Virus record (IMG/VR): IMGVR_UViG_3300034095_001474
Coordinates: 32,001-96,000 of that record
Source of the DNA: a virus
Lineage: Duplodnaviria > Caudoviricetes
DNA: 64,000 nt
Direction: 5' to 3' (one strand)
Made by a program: the position numbers and the translations under genes. Below, piece by piece: positions 27,068-36,237 of this stretch. Numbering within the stretch: the first letter of the stretch is position 1; every line of letters begins with the position of its first letter. Under the pieces are notes generated by a model. That model was given only the letters and a program-made list of their open reading frames with translations, did not search any database and was not told the DNA's origin.

Positions 27068-27532
27068 TTAATTAAACCATTCTGGCGTTTCTCTGTTTTT
27101 CCACACTGCAAACCCACGTTTCTCTACCATATAGTATACTCTGTATGATGCAACAGCATCACCTACCTTGCATTCATCTGGCATAGCCAATGCAAATGGT
27201 GTGATATCACCTTTCTCTGGTATGTTTGGTACATTCAACAAACACCATTCGATGATGTCTTGTGACTTGTGACGTTTACCATATCGGTATGTATACTCAT
27301 TACATAACTCTAAACCTAAATCACATAACCAAATGTAGTTCTCTACACATTCACGAGTCCAAATTGCTGATGGATGGTTCTTATGTGATAGTTTATATGG
27401 TGCTTCACCACCTTCTACCCAATGAACACCACATAAAAGTTGTGCTGTTTCTAAAATCATCTTTACAACGTGTTTATCATTGTGATAAACAGCACAAGTT
27501 TTAGGGTCTTTATCTAATACAAATATATTCAT
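27068..27532 (-). CDS. pyrimidine-dimer DNA glycosylase / DenV-related protein
   Basis: MNIF.LD.DP..A.YH.DKHVVKMILE.AQLL, HKNHPSAIW.R, EY.YRYGK.HKS. Confidence 0.8.
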   Translation of the reverse strand: MNIFVLDKDPKTCAVYHNDKHVVKMILETAQLLCGVHWVEGGEAPYKLSHKNHPSAIWTRECVENYIWLCDLGLELCNEYTYRYGKRHKSQDIIEWCLLNVPNIPEKGDITPFALAMPDECKVGDAVASYRVYYMVEKRGFAVWKNRETPEWFN

Positions 27533-27575
27533 AGTACAAATGTAAATAATTTATTTCATTTTACCAAACTTATCT

Positions 27576-27779
27576 TTATTTTTTTTCATTTAACTTTTGA
27601 TTCATTAATTTTTCAGCATTTCTGCTATTCTGCATATTGAGTCCAGTTGTCAATAAAAACAACCCCCAACATACACCCCAACCTAAATAGTGGTATATAA
27701 TTAACATGCCACTCAATTGGAAAATCAATTCAATAATAATCAATATAAATCTTGTACGTTTTTCACTTTTCGTTTCCAT
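27576..27779 (-). CDS. small membrane protein
   Basis: two TM. Confidence 0.65.
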   Translation of the reverse strand: METKSEKRTRFILIIIELIFQLSGMLIIYHYLGWGVCWGLFLLTTGLNMQNSRNAEKLMNQKLNEKK

Positions 27780-27781
27780 AA

Positions 27782-28150
27782 TTAAACCAATATTTCGTTA
27801 ATAACTTCAACAACTCTATAACTTTCTCTATCCAACATAATATCAGATGTTTTATGTTCAAAGTTCAATAAGATTCTCAAGTAAAGAAATTTTGAATAAT
27901 CTAATTTCTTTAATTTTCTATCAAACTTAACACCATTTCCATTGTCAGTCATTCTCATCATCAACTCACCTCTAACAATACTATTCCATTGTTCACCATT
28001 TGATAAGTACAATGAAATTTCTTTACCTTCATCATTATATACAACTGTTAAATCGTATTCATGTGTTCCATTATGGTCCAACACCATATATGTTTTCTTT
28101 TCGTTTGAAACACTAACTGAATGTGTTTCTGTGCTACCACTACTGCTCAT
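27782..28150 (-). CDS. hypothetical protein
   Basis: ORF in operon. Confidence 0.7.
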   Translation of the reverse strand: MSSSGSTETHSVSVSNEKKTYMVLDHNGTHEYDLTVVYNDEGKEISLYLSNGEQWNSIVRGELMMRMTDNGNGVKFDRKLKKLDYSKFLYLRILLNFEHKTSDIMLDRESYRVVEVINEILV

Positions 28151-28376
28151 TTTCTTCTATTTTAGTTTCGATTAATTCTAATAATAACTCATAGTCATTA
28201 TCTCTTTCAGCATCTTTGTCATAATAGACATAACTACTTTGTGAGTCTGTTGATTTTTCTGTGATTTCTATTGAATAACCACTAACATCACCTTTTGATA
28301 TTTCAAACCCAGTGATGTTGTTAGTAATATCTTTCAAATCTCTCTGTAACACGACATTTATAAAACTTTTGCTCAT
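28140..28376 (-). CDS. hypothetical protein
   Basis: ORF in operon. Confidence 0.65.
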   Translation of the reverse strand: MSKSFINVVLQRDLKDITNNITGFEISKGDVSGYSIEITEKSTDSQSSYVYYDKDAERDNDYELLLELIETKIEENEQ

Positions 28377-28386
28377 AATAATAAAT

Positions 28387-28704
28387 TTAATCGATTAAAC
28401 ATTCAAATTCAAATTCAATAGGTTCTTCAGTTATAAGATACCCTATTCTATTTACATGGTGTAAACCACTAGTGTAATACATGTTTGGTATTACGTAACC
28501 CTCATCATCAACTTCATCACCACCAGCCTCTATGATTGTGATTACTTTGTTTTGTTTTGACATTTCAATAACAAAAGCTAATTCTTCACCATATGTTTCA
28601 AACATTTTACCATCAAATGCAGCATTGTTGTCAAGGTGATTATCAACCAAATTAAATTTTTCATCAAATTGTTCTTCTGAATAATATTCTATAATCGTTT
28701 CCAT
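28387..28704 (-). CDS. hypothetical protein
   Basis: MFETYGEEL..G.HHVNRIGYLIT family. Confidence 0.75.
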   Translation of the reverse strand: METIIEYYSEEQFDEKFNLVDNHLDNNAAFDGKMFETYGEELAFVIEMSKQNKVITIIEAGGDEVDDEGYVIPNMYYTSGLHHVNRIGYLITEEPIEFEFECLID

Positions 28705-28776
28705 ATCTATGATTTTTATTTATAATACAAAGGTATATAATCTTTTCCAATCTACCAAATAATTTTACAATTATTT

Positions 28777-29082
28777 TTAATAATATCTTACAGCATGTCT
28801 ACTTCCACGATATTTGCTATCTGGTGTTCCGTAGATAAACAATTTCTTTTCTTCCCAAATTTCGGTTTCTTTACCAATAGTTCTCCATTGTTGCCAACCA
28901 ATCTCGTTCCAATACAAATGGTTAAACCCATTGTAGTTACCAGTGCGATGCAACACTTCTCCCAAAGCGACAGACAAACCACTTTTAAAGTCTTCTGTTG
29001 CGTGTTCATCTGTTCTCGCAAGTTGATTGTTCACATATTCTTTAAATGCTAATACATCAAATGTTTTTTTCTTTCTTGACAT
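28777..29082 (-). CDS. hypothetical protein
   Basis: VLH.TGNYNGF motif, own promoter. Confidence 0.75.
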   Translation of the reverse strand: MSRKKKTFDVLAFKEYVNNQLARTDEHATEDFKSGLSVALGEVLHRTGNYNGFNHLYWNEIGWQQWRTIGKETEIWEEKKLFIYGTPDSKYRGSRHAVRYY

Positions 29083-29370
29083 GGTATAAAGTTTTTATTT
29101 GTTTAGACAAAGGTAATAAACTTATTTCGATATTCCTAATTTAAAATAAACAAATTTCAATTTTTTCTAAAATAAAACATTCATTAACTTTTAAAACACT
29201 AATTTTAAGTGTTTTAGAATTAATTCTTTTTGAGTTTATCAAATATACAATTGAACCTAAATGATATTTTGGTTTTAATTCTTTAATATTAAAAGATTTC
29301 TTTCTAATCTGACAATTGATGCCGACCTTATATTAAATAATTCTAGATGAATTTATGTAGTTGACACGAT

Positions 29371-29868
29371 TTAAACTATCTTAAAATATCCTCTAGTATC
29401 AATACTACCAACTTCGTCTGATGCAAAGTCTCCTACACCTATTGGTTTCAAATTCGTATTACCACCCAACCTAGCATCTTTTTCGTTTTGGGAATCAAGA
29501 GAATATTTTAGCATATTATTTTCAGCTTTTGATAGAAGTTGGGAATTGCTTTTGTATATCTTCATCTTATAGAATTCACTATCATTATCTCTACCAGCCT
29601 TTTGACCTTTATCATCGTACATGCGAGTATCTCTTCTATAAATAGCAATTGGTTCGGCACCTACTGTTAATTCTATAGTATTGTCTCTACTTAGAAGACT
29701 CATACCAGCCTCATCACCACCCGAATAAGTAGGTCGTTTGATATTCATAGCCTCCCAGAATTTTGGCAACACCTCTAATTTGTATGACTTTGGTGATTCC
29801 AATGATTCATTCAAGGTTGGTTTCCAATTCTTTACTTTATTTATTTGTTCTCGAATCTCTTTTGACAT
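29371..29868 (-). CDS. hypothetical protein (MSKEIREQINKVKNW leader)
   Basis: 165-aa ORF. Confidence 0.75.
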   Translation of the reverse strand: MSKEIREQINKVKNWKPTLNESLESPKSYKLEVLPKFWEAMNIKRPTYSGGDEAGMSLLSRDNTIELTVGAEPIAIYRRDTRMYDDKGQKAGRDNDSEFYKMKIYKSNSQLLSKAENNMLKYSLDSQNEKDARLGGNTNLKPIGVGDFASDEVGSIDTRGYFKIV

Positions 29869-29995
29869 AATATTTACTTTATATATAAATATCTAAATAA
29901 AAAAAAAAACACCACACATTTTTAAAAGTTTTTGTTTAGACAAAGGTAATAAACTTATTTCGATATTCCTAATAAAAATGAAAAAAAAATAATAT

Positions 29996-30349
29996 TTAAT
30001 CAATATTTTCCCATAAATTACAAAAAAAAGAATAATCGCAAGTAAGTTCTTCACCTATTTCGATATCTTTAATAGCAATACACATACCATTTTTTGCGTC
30101 AATACAATTTGGATAATCTGAATGATTCATAAAACGCATGTTGTCAAAATATGTTTGATAACAATCTTTTTCAACACCAAAATAAAACTCAAACATTTCA
30201 ATATGTTTTTGTGGAACATCATCTTTTTTGATTTTAATATCAAATTCACTCAATTCAGCAATGACTTGTCCTTTTTCTATTTTTTCTAATGTAAATAAAC
30301 CAATCCCATGGATTGATGATTTATCTAATTTGGTTTTTATTATTAACAT
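29996..30349 (-). CDS. SET-domain protein (lysine methyltransferase-like)
   Basis: S.IHG.GLF, RFMNHSD.PN, A.KDI..GEELT.DY. Confidence 0.9.
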   Translation of the reverse strand: MLIIKTKLDKSSIHGIGLFTLEKIEKGQVIAELSEFDIKIKKDDVPQKHIEMFEFYFGVEKDCYQTYFDNMRFMNHSDYPNCIDAKNGMCIAIKDIEIGEELTCDYSFFCNLWENID

Positions 30350-30392
30350 ACATTGTTTGTTTTATAATAAATATTATAAAACAAACAATAAT

Positions 30393-30911
30393 TTAACCAA
30401 ATGAAAAAATTCTTTTACCATGCATTTTTTCTTCTTGCATAAGATATTCTTCAACAACTTTCCAATTAGGAAACTCTGGTGTATCAAAGTGAATATGCTC
30501 ACCTAAGAAGTTTTCTGACCCATTGGCAAGTCTATCATCAACTAGATATGCACCCAAGTTTAAATCCTTTCTATGTGATAGGATAAGACGTTTGTAGCAC
30601 ATTTCACCAAAGTGTTCTTCCAACCAATGTCGTTTGTCCATAAAAGACTCTGGCACTTCCCAAAAAGGTGTTGAAAGGAAATATATCTCAAAGTGTTGAG
30701 ATAATCTCTTTACACTATCAATAGCACCTTCAATTGGTTCTAGGTCACGAAACATTCTAGGTGACTTCATCATACAATCTTCTATGATTACACCATTCTC
30801 GTAAGATTCTTCTTCGTTGAAGATAGGTGCTGTAAATGGAAATAACTCAACCATTCTTTTTTCAAAGTTTGCAACGGTCTCATCCATATCTACATAAAGT
30901 ATTTTTTTCAT
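30393..30911 (-). CDS. 5'(3')-deoxyribonucleotidase (HAD)
   Basis: YVDMDETV, F.DLEPIEGA, K..WL.EHF, LVDDR. Confidence 0.85.
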   Translation of the reverse strand: MKKILYVDMDETVANFEKRMVELFPFTAPIFNEEESYENGVIIEDCMMKSPRMFRDLEPIEGAIDSVKRLSQHFEIYFLSTPFWEVPESFMDKRHWLEEHFGEMCYKRLILSHRKDLNLGAYLVDDRLANGSENFLGEHIHFDTPEFPNWKVVEEYLMQEEKMHGKRIFSFG

Positions 30912-30916
30912 ATTGA

Positions 30917-31222
30917 TTAATTTAAACAAAAAATACCTAAATCACCCATTGTTGTTCTTTTCTCAAAAATCTTTGTTTCAAAACACATCAGTGCATTCTC
31001 GAATGTTCTAATGTTTTTATTGATAAAAATTAATTGAATATCAATTTCTGATACTTCATCAACAAATTCTCCAAATTCACTTGCATCGTTGATATACTCA
31101 TTTCTTAATTCAACTAAATCTTCTTTGATTTCTTTTAAATCAATAGTAATACCCCAAGCAGTACTGTGTGTCATAGATTCATATATAACATCTAATTCAA
31201 ATAAAGTAGTATCTAATTTCAT
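30917..31222 (-). CDS. hypothetical protein
   Basis: ORF. Confidence 0.7.
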   Translation of the reverse strand: MKLDTTLFELDVIYESMTHSTAWGITIDLKEIKEDLVELRNEYINDASEFGEFVDEVSEIDIQLIFINKNIRTFENALMCFETKIFEKRTTMGDLGIFCLN

Positions 31223-31274
31223 AATTTCTAATTTTTTTATAAAGGTACGGATTTTTTTTTACTTACGCAAACTT

Positions 31275-31550
31275 TTAACCAATTATTTTTGGTTCTATTT
31301 CATACATTGGATAATCAACCTTGTTTATTGAAGTAAAATGTTCATGTTGTGCTTCATTCAATACCACATTAACCTTGTATGCTAACATTTTCTTCAACAC
31401 AAGTATATCAAATAACTCATGATGTATGTTTTCTAGGTCCAATCCATCATAAATCTTTAAATCTTTATGTAATTGTATCTCTCTCAACGTCAATGCGTGT
31501 AAGATAATGTCTTTTTGACCTTTTGGTAACTCTTGTACTATAGTTTTCAT
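31275..31550 (-). CDS. hypothetical protein
   Basis: ORF, own promoter. Confidence 0.7.
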   Translation of the reverse strand: MKTIVQELPKGQKDIILHALTLREIQLHKDLKIYDGLDLENIHHELFDILVLKKMLAYKVNVVLNEAQHEHFTSINKVDYPMYEIEPKIIG

Positions 31551-31633
31551 ATTATTTGTTTTTGATTATGATACAAATGTAAGTATTATATATTGATTAT
31601 CCAAATAAAAATCCAGGTTTTTTTAAAAAATAA

Positions 31634-32188
31634 TTAAATATGACCTAATTCTTTGTGTATTTTAGTCAAACCTAACCCCTCTACATTCATATGTCCACTT
31701 GCAACAATCCATGATATGATAAAAATTATAATCATTGCACAAAAAAAGATAGCATATCTATTAAAAACATCATCAGTAGCAGCATTTATTACGTTTATTA
31801 TAAATTTACCAAATAATGTCATCACTACTATAACAGAAATGCATGCCATATGCATACAAACCAATGAAACCAAGGTATCTGCTTCGATAAAAAAGTTAAG
31901 TATTAAACTCATTATCCAACCATTGGTACAATCATATATAAAATAACCACTCAATATTGGAATGGCTAAGTATATAAAGTTGAACTTACCAGTAAAATGT
32001 GCCATTAACATCACAAGTATAATAGGTGATGCGATAGCACAAAATAACCCACCAATAATCAAATAACCACCTAGACTAAACAATTGCAATGTTGCAAATG
32101 TATCAAAATCATATTCGTTGGCTGTGAAACTTTTGCCGTCAGACGTTTCACCTTTTATTACGTTTTTTGGAAAAATATTGAAACTCAT
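31634..32188 (-). CDS. multi-pass membrane protein
   Basis: about 5 hydrophobic segments. Confidence 0.7.
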   Translation of the reverse strand: MSFNIFPKNVIKGETSDGKSFTANEYDFDTFATLQLFSLGGYLIIGGLFCAIASPIILVMLMAHFTGKFNFIYLAIPILSGYFIYDCTNGWIMSLILNFFIEADTLVSLVCMHMACISVIVVMTLFGKFIINVINAATDDVFNRYAIFFCAMIIIFIISWIVASGHMNVEGLGLTKIHKELGHI

Positions 32189-32204
32189 AATTTTAGTTTT
32201 AGTT

Positions 32205-32432
32205 TTATTTGTCTTTAAATAATTCACTCAATGTTTTAACATCATAAATAATGCTTTTATTATTTTCTTCATCAATCAAAGGTAAGATACCTTTCATTAA
32301 TTCATCTTTAGTTGCCCTTACATGGTCTTTGATACATTTTTCAATGTAACTCTCAATCAATATCCCTAAAGGATTGTTTTCGTCTCTTAACGATGATAAA
32401 ATATCACTCGTCATTTCTTTTGCTGTCTTCAT
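32205..32432 (-). CDS. hypothetical protein
   Basis: ORF. Confidence 0.65.
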   Translation of the reverse strand: MKTAKEMTSDILSSLRDENNPLGILIESYIEKCIKDHVRATKDELMKGILPLIDEENNKSIIYDVKTLSELFKDK

Positions 32433-32445
32433 AACTCTTAGATTT

Positions 32446-32712
32446 TTAATTATATTTAACTGTTACAATACCTTCTGTCATTAATCTCCAACTAACACAT
32501 GTGTAAATTCTATTTTTAAATTCAAAATTAGCAACATAATCAATAGTATGTGGTTCTTTTTTAAAAGATTTTAATACGACTTCTTCTGCTTGTAAGCTAA
32601 AATCACCCCATTCATTTTTAACTCTAAATTTAAAAATAAATTTATCATTTACATTTGGTATTAATTTATAACCACTATCAATCAATTCTGTTAAATTAAC
32701 TATTCTTTTCAT
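32446..32712 (-). CDS. hypothetical protein
   Basis: ORF, own promoter. Confidence 0.65.
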   Translation of the reverse strand: MKRIVNLTELIDSGYKLIPNVNDKFIFKFRVKNEWGDFSLQAEEVVLKSFKKEPHTIDYVANFEFKNRIYTCVSWRLMTEGIVTVKYN

Positions 32713-32771
32713 AACTCTTAGTTTTTAATTATAATACAAATGTAAGTAATTTCCTGGACTTGTGCAAATTT

Positions 32772-33053
32772 TTATGCAACTTTTTTTGGTGTTTCTAAAA
32801 ATTTACCAAACATATCACTTCTTTTAACTGCATAGATGCATGCTTCTGTGATTTCAATGTCTTTCATTATCTCATTACCATTATCACCCCATGCTTGATA
32901 AAAGTAATCTCTAATATAACTTGCTGATATTGTTTTACCCATGCTCTCAAACATATCAATGACTTGTTTTTGAGATGATGCCATAATATAGTATTGAGTT
33001 CCTTTATCTGAACCAAATTGGCTCCAATAACTAAATTGTTTTAATTTTTTCAT
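32772..33053 (-). CDS. hypothetical protein
   Basis: ORF, own promoter. Confidence 0.7.
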   Translation of the reverse strand: MKKLKQFSYWSQFGSDKGTQYYIMASSQKQVIDMFESMGKTISASYIRDYFYQAWGDNGNEIMKDIEITEACIYAVKRSDMFGKFLETPKKVA

Positions 33054-33121
33054 AATTCTTTTGTTTTTGATTATGATACAAATGTAAGTAATTTCCTGGA
33101 CTTGTGCAAATTTATTTGCAA

Positions 33122-33775
33122 TTATTTTTTTCTTTTTAATATATCTTCCAATTGTCTTTCAGCAATCGTAATGACAGATACGATTTTTCTACAATCTTCA
33201 TCAGATAACAAACCAGCATCACCTAACATATCTTTGATACCTCTTGCTGATAAGTTGACATAGATATTCTTTAAATCGTTTACCTTTAACATAGCACGTT
33301 GTACTGGAGTTGCAGCACCTTGTCTTTTCACATCTTCAATTATTTTCTCTTTACCATATCTTCTTGGTAATTCTTTGCCAGTCTTTTCTTTTTTAACTAT
33401 TGTCTTTTTAGGTGTAACAACAACTGGTTTCACTGGTACTATAGAATCTTCCTCATTATCGATTTCCTCTTCTTGTTCAACCTCTATCTCCAATTCTTTA
33501 GTCTGGTTTATCTCGACACCTTTAGTGTCAGCAAATTGCAGATATTTATTAATTAATTCTTTTTTGGTTAGAATTAACTTTTCAAAGATAATAGCTAATA
33601 GTTCTTTTGTTCTATCATTCAACGTACCTTCTTCTGATAGTTTATACAATATATTAAAAGGTAGTTTAATATCATCTGTAAAGATTGCTTTCAAATCAGC
33701 ATCTTGTTCGATTACACCCAATGTAATTGTAGTGTTGTAATCCATTTCTTTTAATTTTGCTACTTCTATTGCCAT
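33122..33775 (-). CDS. hypothetical protein
   Basis: 217-aa ORF, own promoter. Confidence 0.8.
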   Translation of the reverse strand: MAIEVAKLKEMDYNTTITLGVIEQDADLKAIFTDDIKLPFNILYKLSEEGTLNDRTKELLAIIFEKLILTKKELINKYLQFADTKGVEINQTKELEIEVEQEEEIDNEEDSIVPVKPVVVTPKKTIVKKEKTGKELPRRYGKEKIIEDVKRQGAATPVQRAMLKVNDLKNIYVNLSARGIKDMLGDAGLLSDEDCRKIVSVITIAERQLEDILKRKK

Positions 33776-33881
33776 AATATTTAATTTTATATTACAAAGG
33801 TATAAAATTAATATTTAATTTCCAAATAAAAAAGTATAAAAAAAATTTGTTTATTAAAAAAGTTATTCTTACCTTTGCTAA

Positions 33882-33963
33882 ACTGAAAGCAACACAATAG
33901 AAAATTGTGTTGCTATCGCTATTGTATGTAAATCAAAAAACCCAGCTGGATGGCTGGGCTTTA
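33882..33963 (+). ncRNA. candidate plus-strand small RNA
   Basis: TTTG(33846)-N20-TACCTTTG(33870) promoter, 11-bp perfect hairpin, terminator hairpin; no ORF. Confidence 0.5.
33935..33962. terminator. bidirectional intrinsic terminator
   Basis: A6-CCCAGC-TGGATG-GCTGGG-CTTT. Confidence 0.7.
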
Positions 33964-33983
33964 ATGTATTTATATGCTATTAA

Positions 33984-34298
33984 TTATTTTTTTGCAGTAT
34001 TGATTGCTTTTATAATCAATGCTCTCTCTTCATCATTGAATTGATAAAGACCACCTTCATCGTTGGATTTTCTTCTTAACTTTTTACTGAATAAAGATTC
34101 TGCGGTTTTATCACCCACTTCACCTAACCCAGCTAACTTCATAATATCAGCTTGCGATGGTGCACCTACACCTTTTAGAGCATTTCTAATTTCAGCGTAT
34201 TCAGCTTTTATTTGCTTACGTTTTGCTTTGTGGGTATTAGCCTCAAGTATCAATAAATTTTCTCGAATTAATTGTTTTATATTTTCCTTATTCATATT
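33984..34298 (-). CDS. hypothetical protein (IKQLIRE leader)
   Basis: start at MNKENI. Confidence 0.75.
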   Translation of the reverse strand, partial: NMNKENIKQLIRENLLILEANTHKAKRKQIKAEYAEIRNALKGVGAPSQADIMKLAGLGEVGDKTAESLFSKKLRRKSNDEGGLYQFNDEERALIIKAINTAKK

Positions 34299-34416
34299 TA
34301 TTTCTTTTATTATAAATATGTGGAAAATCAATAAAATTCCTTAAATTATTAATAACATGTACACTAATGTGTACATGGTTTGTTAAGTAGTAATGTACTT
34401 AACAAACCATTAAACA

Positions 34417-35283
34417 TTATAATTGATTATATGCAATTTTGATTGCATCATTCTTGCTTAATTTAATAAGTGTTTTGTTTTTAATTTGTCTAACCATTTC
34501 ACGACTCATATCAACAATCTCACTAACCTCTTGCAAAGTTCTTGGTTCACTTCCATCCAAACCAAACAATAGAATCATAATATCTTTATCTTTCTCTCTC
34601 AAAGAATCTAAACTAGTCATCAATGTTTTTTTATTGTCCAAGTCACTTACCAAATGGTCTGTTGGTTTGAATGAGTTATCATCAGACAATAAATCCAATA
34701 GAGTTGATGTATCACCATCATCACCGCCAAATTGTTTATCCAATGAATCCATACGATATGTTGTCAACACATCGAAAAACTCAAACTCATCAGTTTCTAA
34801 TTCATGTGATAATTCTTCGATGTCAACATGATATCCATTCTTTTGTTCATGTTCAGAAATCAACCTTTCCAACTTAGCCAATGAACTTACTTTATTCGAT
34901 GGTAAACGTACCATACGATTGTATTTAGTGATATGTTCAATGATTAATTTCTTTATCCACCATACACCATATGATATAAACTTCACATTGTTGTCTGGAC
35001 TAAATCTTTCAGCAGCCATTATCAAACCTAAATTACCCTCGTTAACTAAATCAGACAATGGTGAATTAGTTGTAACATATTGTTTAGCTACAGTTACAAC
35101 AAATCTAAGATTTCTAGTTACTAATTCTTCTCTAGCTATTAAATCACCTTTGCTAGCTTTAATAGCACATTCTCTTTCTTCATCAGCTGTGAAAGGTGTG
35201 ATTTTAGAGATATCTTTAAGATATTTGTTAAATGATTCACTCTCTCTACTTGTAATACTAGAATTAATTCCGATTTGTTTCAT
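34417..35283 (-). CDS. rpoD: RNA polymerase sigma-70 factor, Bacteroidota primary-sigma type
   Basis: NLRFVVTVAKQY, DLVNEGNLGL.AAERF, KFISYGVWWI, VRLPSNK, region 4 TLQEVS..MSREMVRQI; 288 aa, no region 1.1. Confidence 0.9.
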   Translation of the reverse strand: MKQIGINSSITSRESESFNKYLKDISKITPFTADEERECAIKASKGDLIAREELVTRNLRFVVTVAKQYVTTNSPLSDLVNEGNLGLIMAAERFSPDNNVKFISYGVWWIKKLIIEHITKYNRMVRLPSNKVSSLAKLERLISEHEQKNGYHVDIEELSHELETDEFEFFDVLTTYRMDSLDKQFGGDDGDTSTLLDLLSDDNSFKPTDHLVSDLDNKKTLMTSLDSLREKDKDIMILLFGLDGSEPRTLQEVSEIVDMSREMVRQIKNKTLIKLSKNDAIKIAYNQL

Positions 35284-35358
35284 AATAATTTTATTTTTAG
35301 TTAATTAAATAATTAATAGTTCAAAGGTAATGATAATATTTCAATTATCCAAATATTT

Positions 35359-35799
35359 TTAAATATTTCTTTCGATTTCTCTTTTTAAATCTTTTTCTTT
35401 AAGAGAATTTCTTTTGTCGTACAAATTCTTTCCCTTTGCCAACCCAATTTCTAATTTTAGGAAGCCAGTGTTAGTTAATATAACCTCTAAAGGTATAATA
35501 GTCAACCCTTTTTGTGAAATATTTTCTCTTAATTTGATAATTTCTTTCTTCTTCATAAGAAGTTTTCTATCCCTAGTTGGATTGTGGTTATTGTATTTAC
35601 CACCTTCTTTATGTTCAGTTACATGCATACCTTTTATGAAGATTTCATCATTGACAATAAAACAATAAGCTTCAACAATAGAAACCTTTCCAGCTCTGAT
35701 AGATTTAACTTCAGAACCTTGCAATTTAATACCAGCAGTATACTTATCAAGTATTTGATACTCAAAATATGCTTTCTTATTTTTTGTTATTGATGTCAT
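35359..35799 (-). CDS. smpB: SsrA-binding protein SmpB
   Basis: NKKAYFEY..AGI.L.GSEVKSIR.GK, RDRKLLM.KKEI, GLTIIPL, LAKGKNLYDKR. Confidence 0.95.
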   Translation of the reverse strand: MTSITKNKKAYFEYQILDKYTAGIKLQGSEVKSIRAGKVSIVEAYCFIVNDEIFIKGMHVTEHKEGGKYNNHNPTRDRKLLMKKKEIIKLRENISQKGLTIIPLEVILTNTGFLKLEIGLAKGKNLYDKRNSLKEKDLKREIERNI

Positions 35800-35962
35800 C
35801 GTTCCATTTTTTAATTTGAATTAATTCTTTTTCTTTGTCTCTCACATAAGCAGCAGCTTCATATTGTTGTAGATATAACGCTACTATCTTTAATGCACGT
35901 AATACATCAGCACTCTTTTGACCTTTATTAATTAGATGTTCCAATGCTTCTTTTGTTTCCAT
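35777..35962 (-). CDS. small protein with UVR-like motif
   Basis: start at METKEA; YEAAAYVRDKEK. Confidence 0.6.
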   Translation of the reverse strand: METKEALEHLINKGQKSADVLRALKIVALYLQQYEAAAYVRDKEKELIQIKKWNDDINNKK

Positions 35963-35966
35963 AAGT

Positions 35967-36200
35967 TTAGTTTTTAGATTTTGGCCACATACCTTCACAT
36001 GGTGCATCACACCATCTAACTGTTCTGGCAACGATAACGTTTGTGGTGTGTATTTCACAACCATCTTCCATAAGTTTAGCAAATTCTCGGCTAGTTGCTC
36101 TGTTAATATATTTACTGACAGCAACCTTTACTGCACCACCACATTTAGAACATGTAGCTAGTTGCACTTTTACCAATCTTAAATCTTCTCCCTCTGCCAT
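35967..36200 (-). CDS. hypothetical zinc-ribbon protein
   Basis: CSKCGG; start at MAEGED. Confidence 0.6.
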   Translation of the reverse strand: MAEGEDLRLVKVQLATCSKCGGAVKVAVSKYINRATSREFAKLMEDGCEIHTTNVIVARTVRWCDAPCEGMWPKSKN

Positions 36201-36237
36201 AATACAAATGTAAACATAATAAATTAATAAACCTAAT

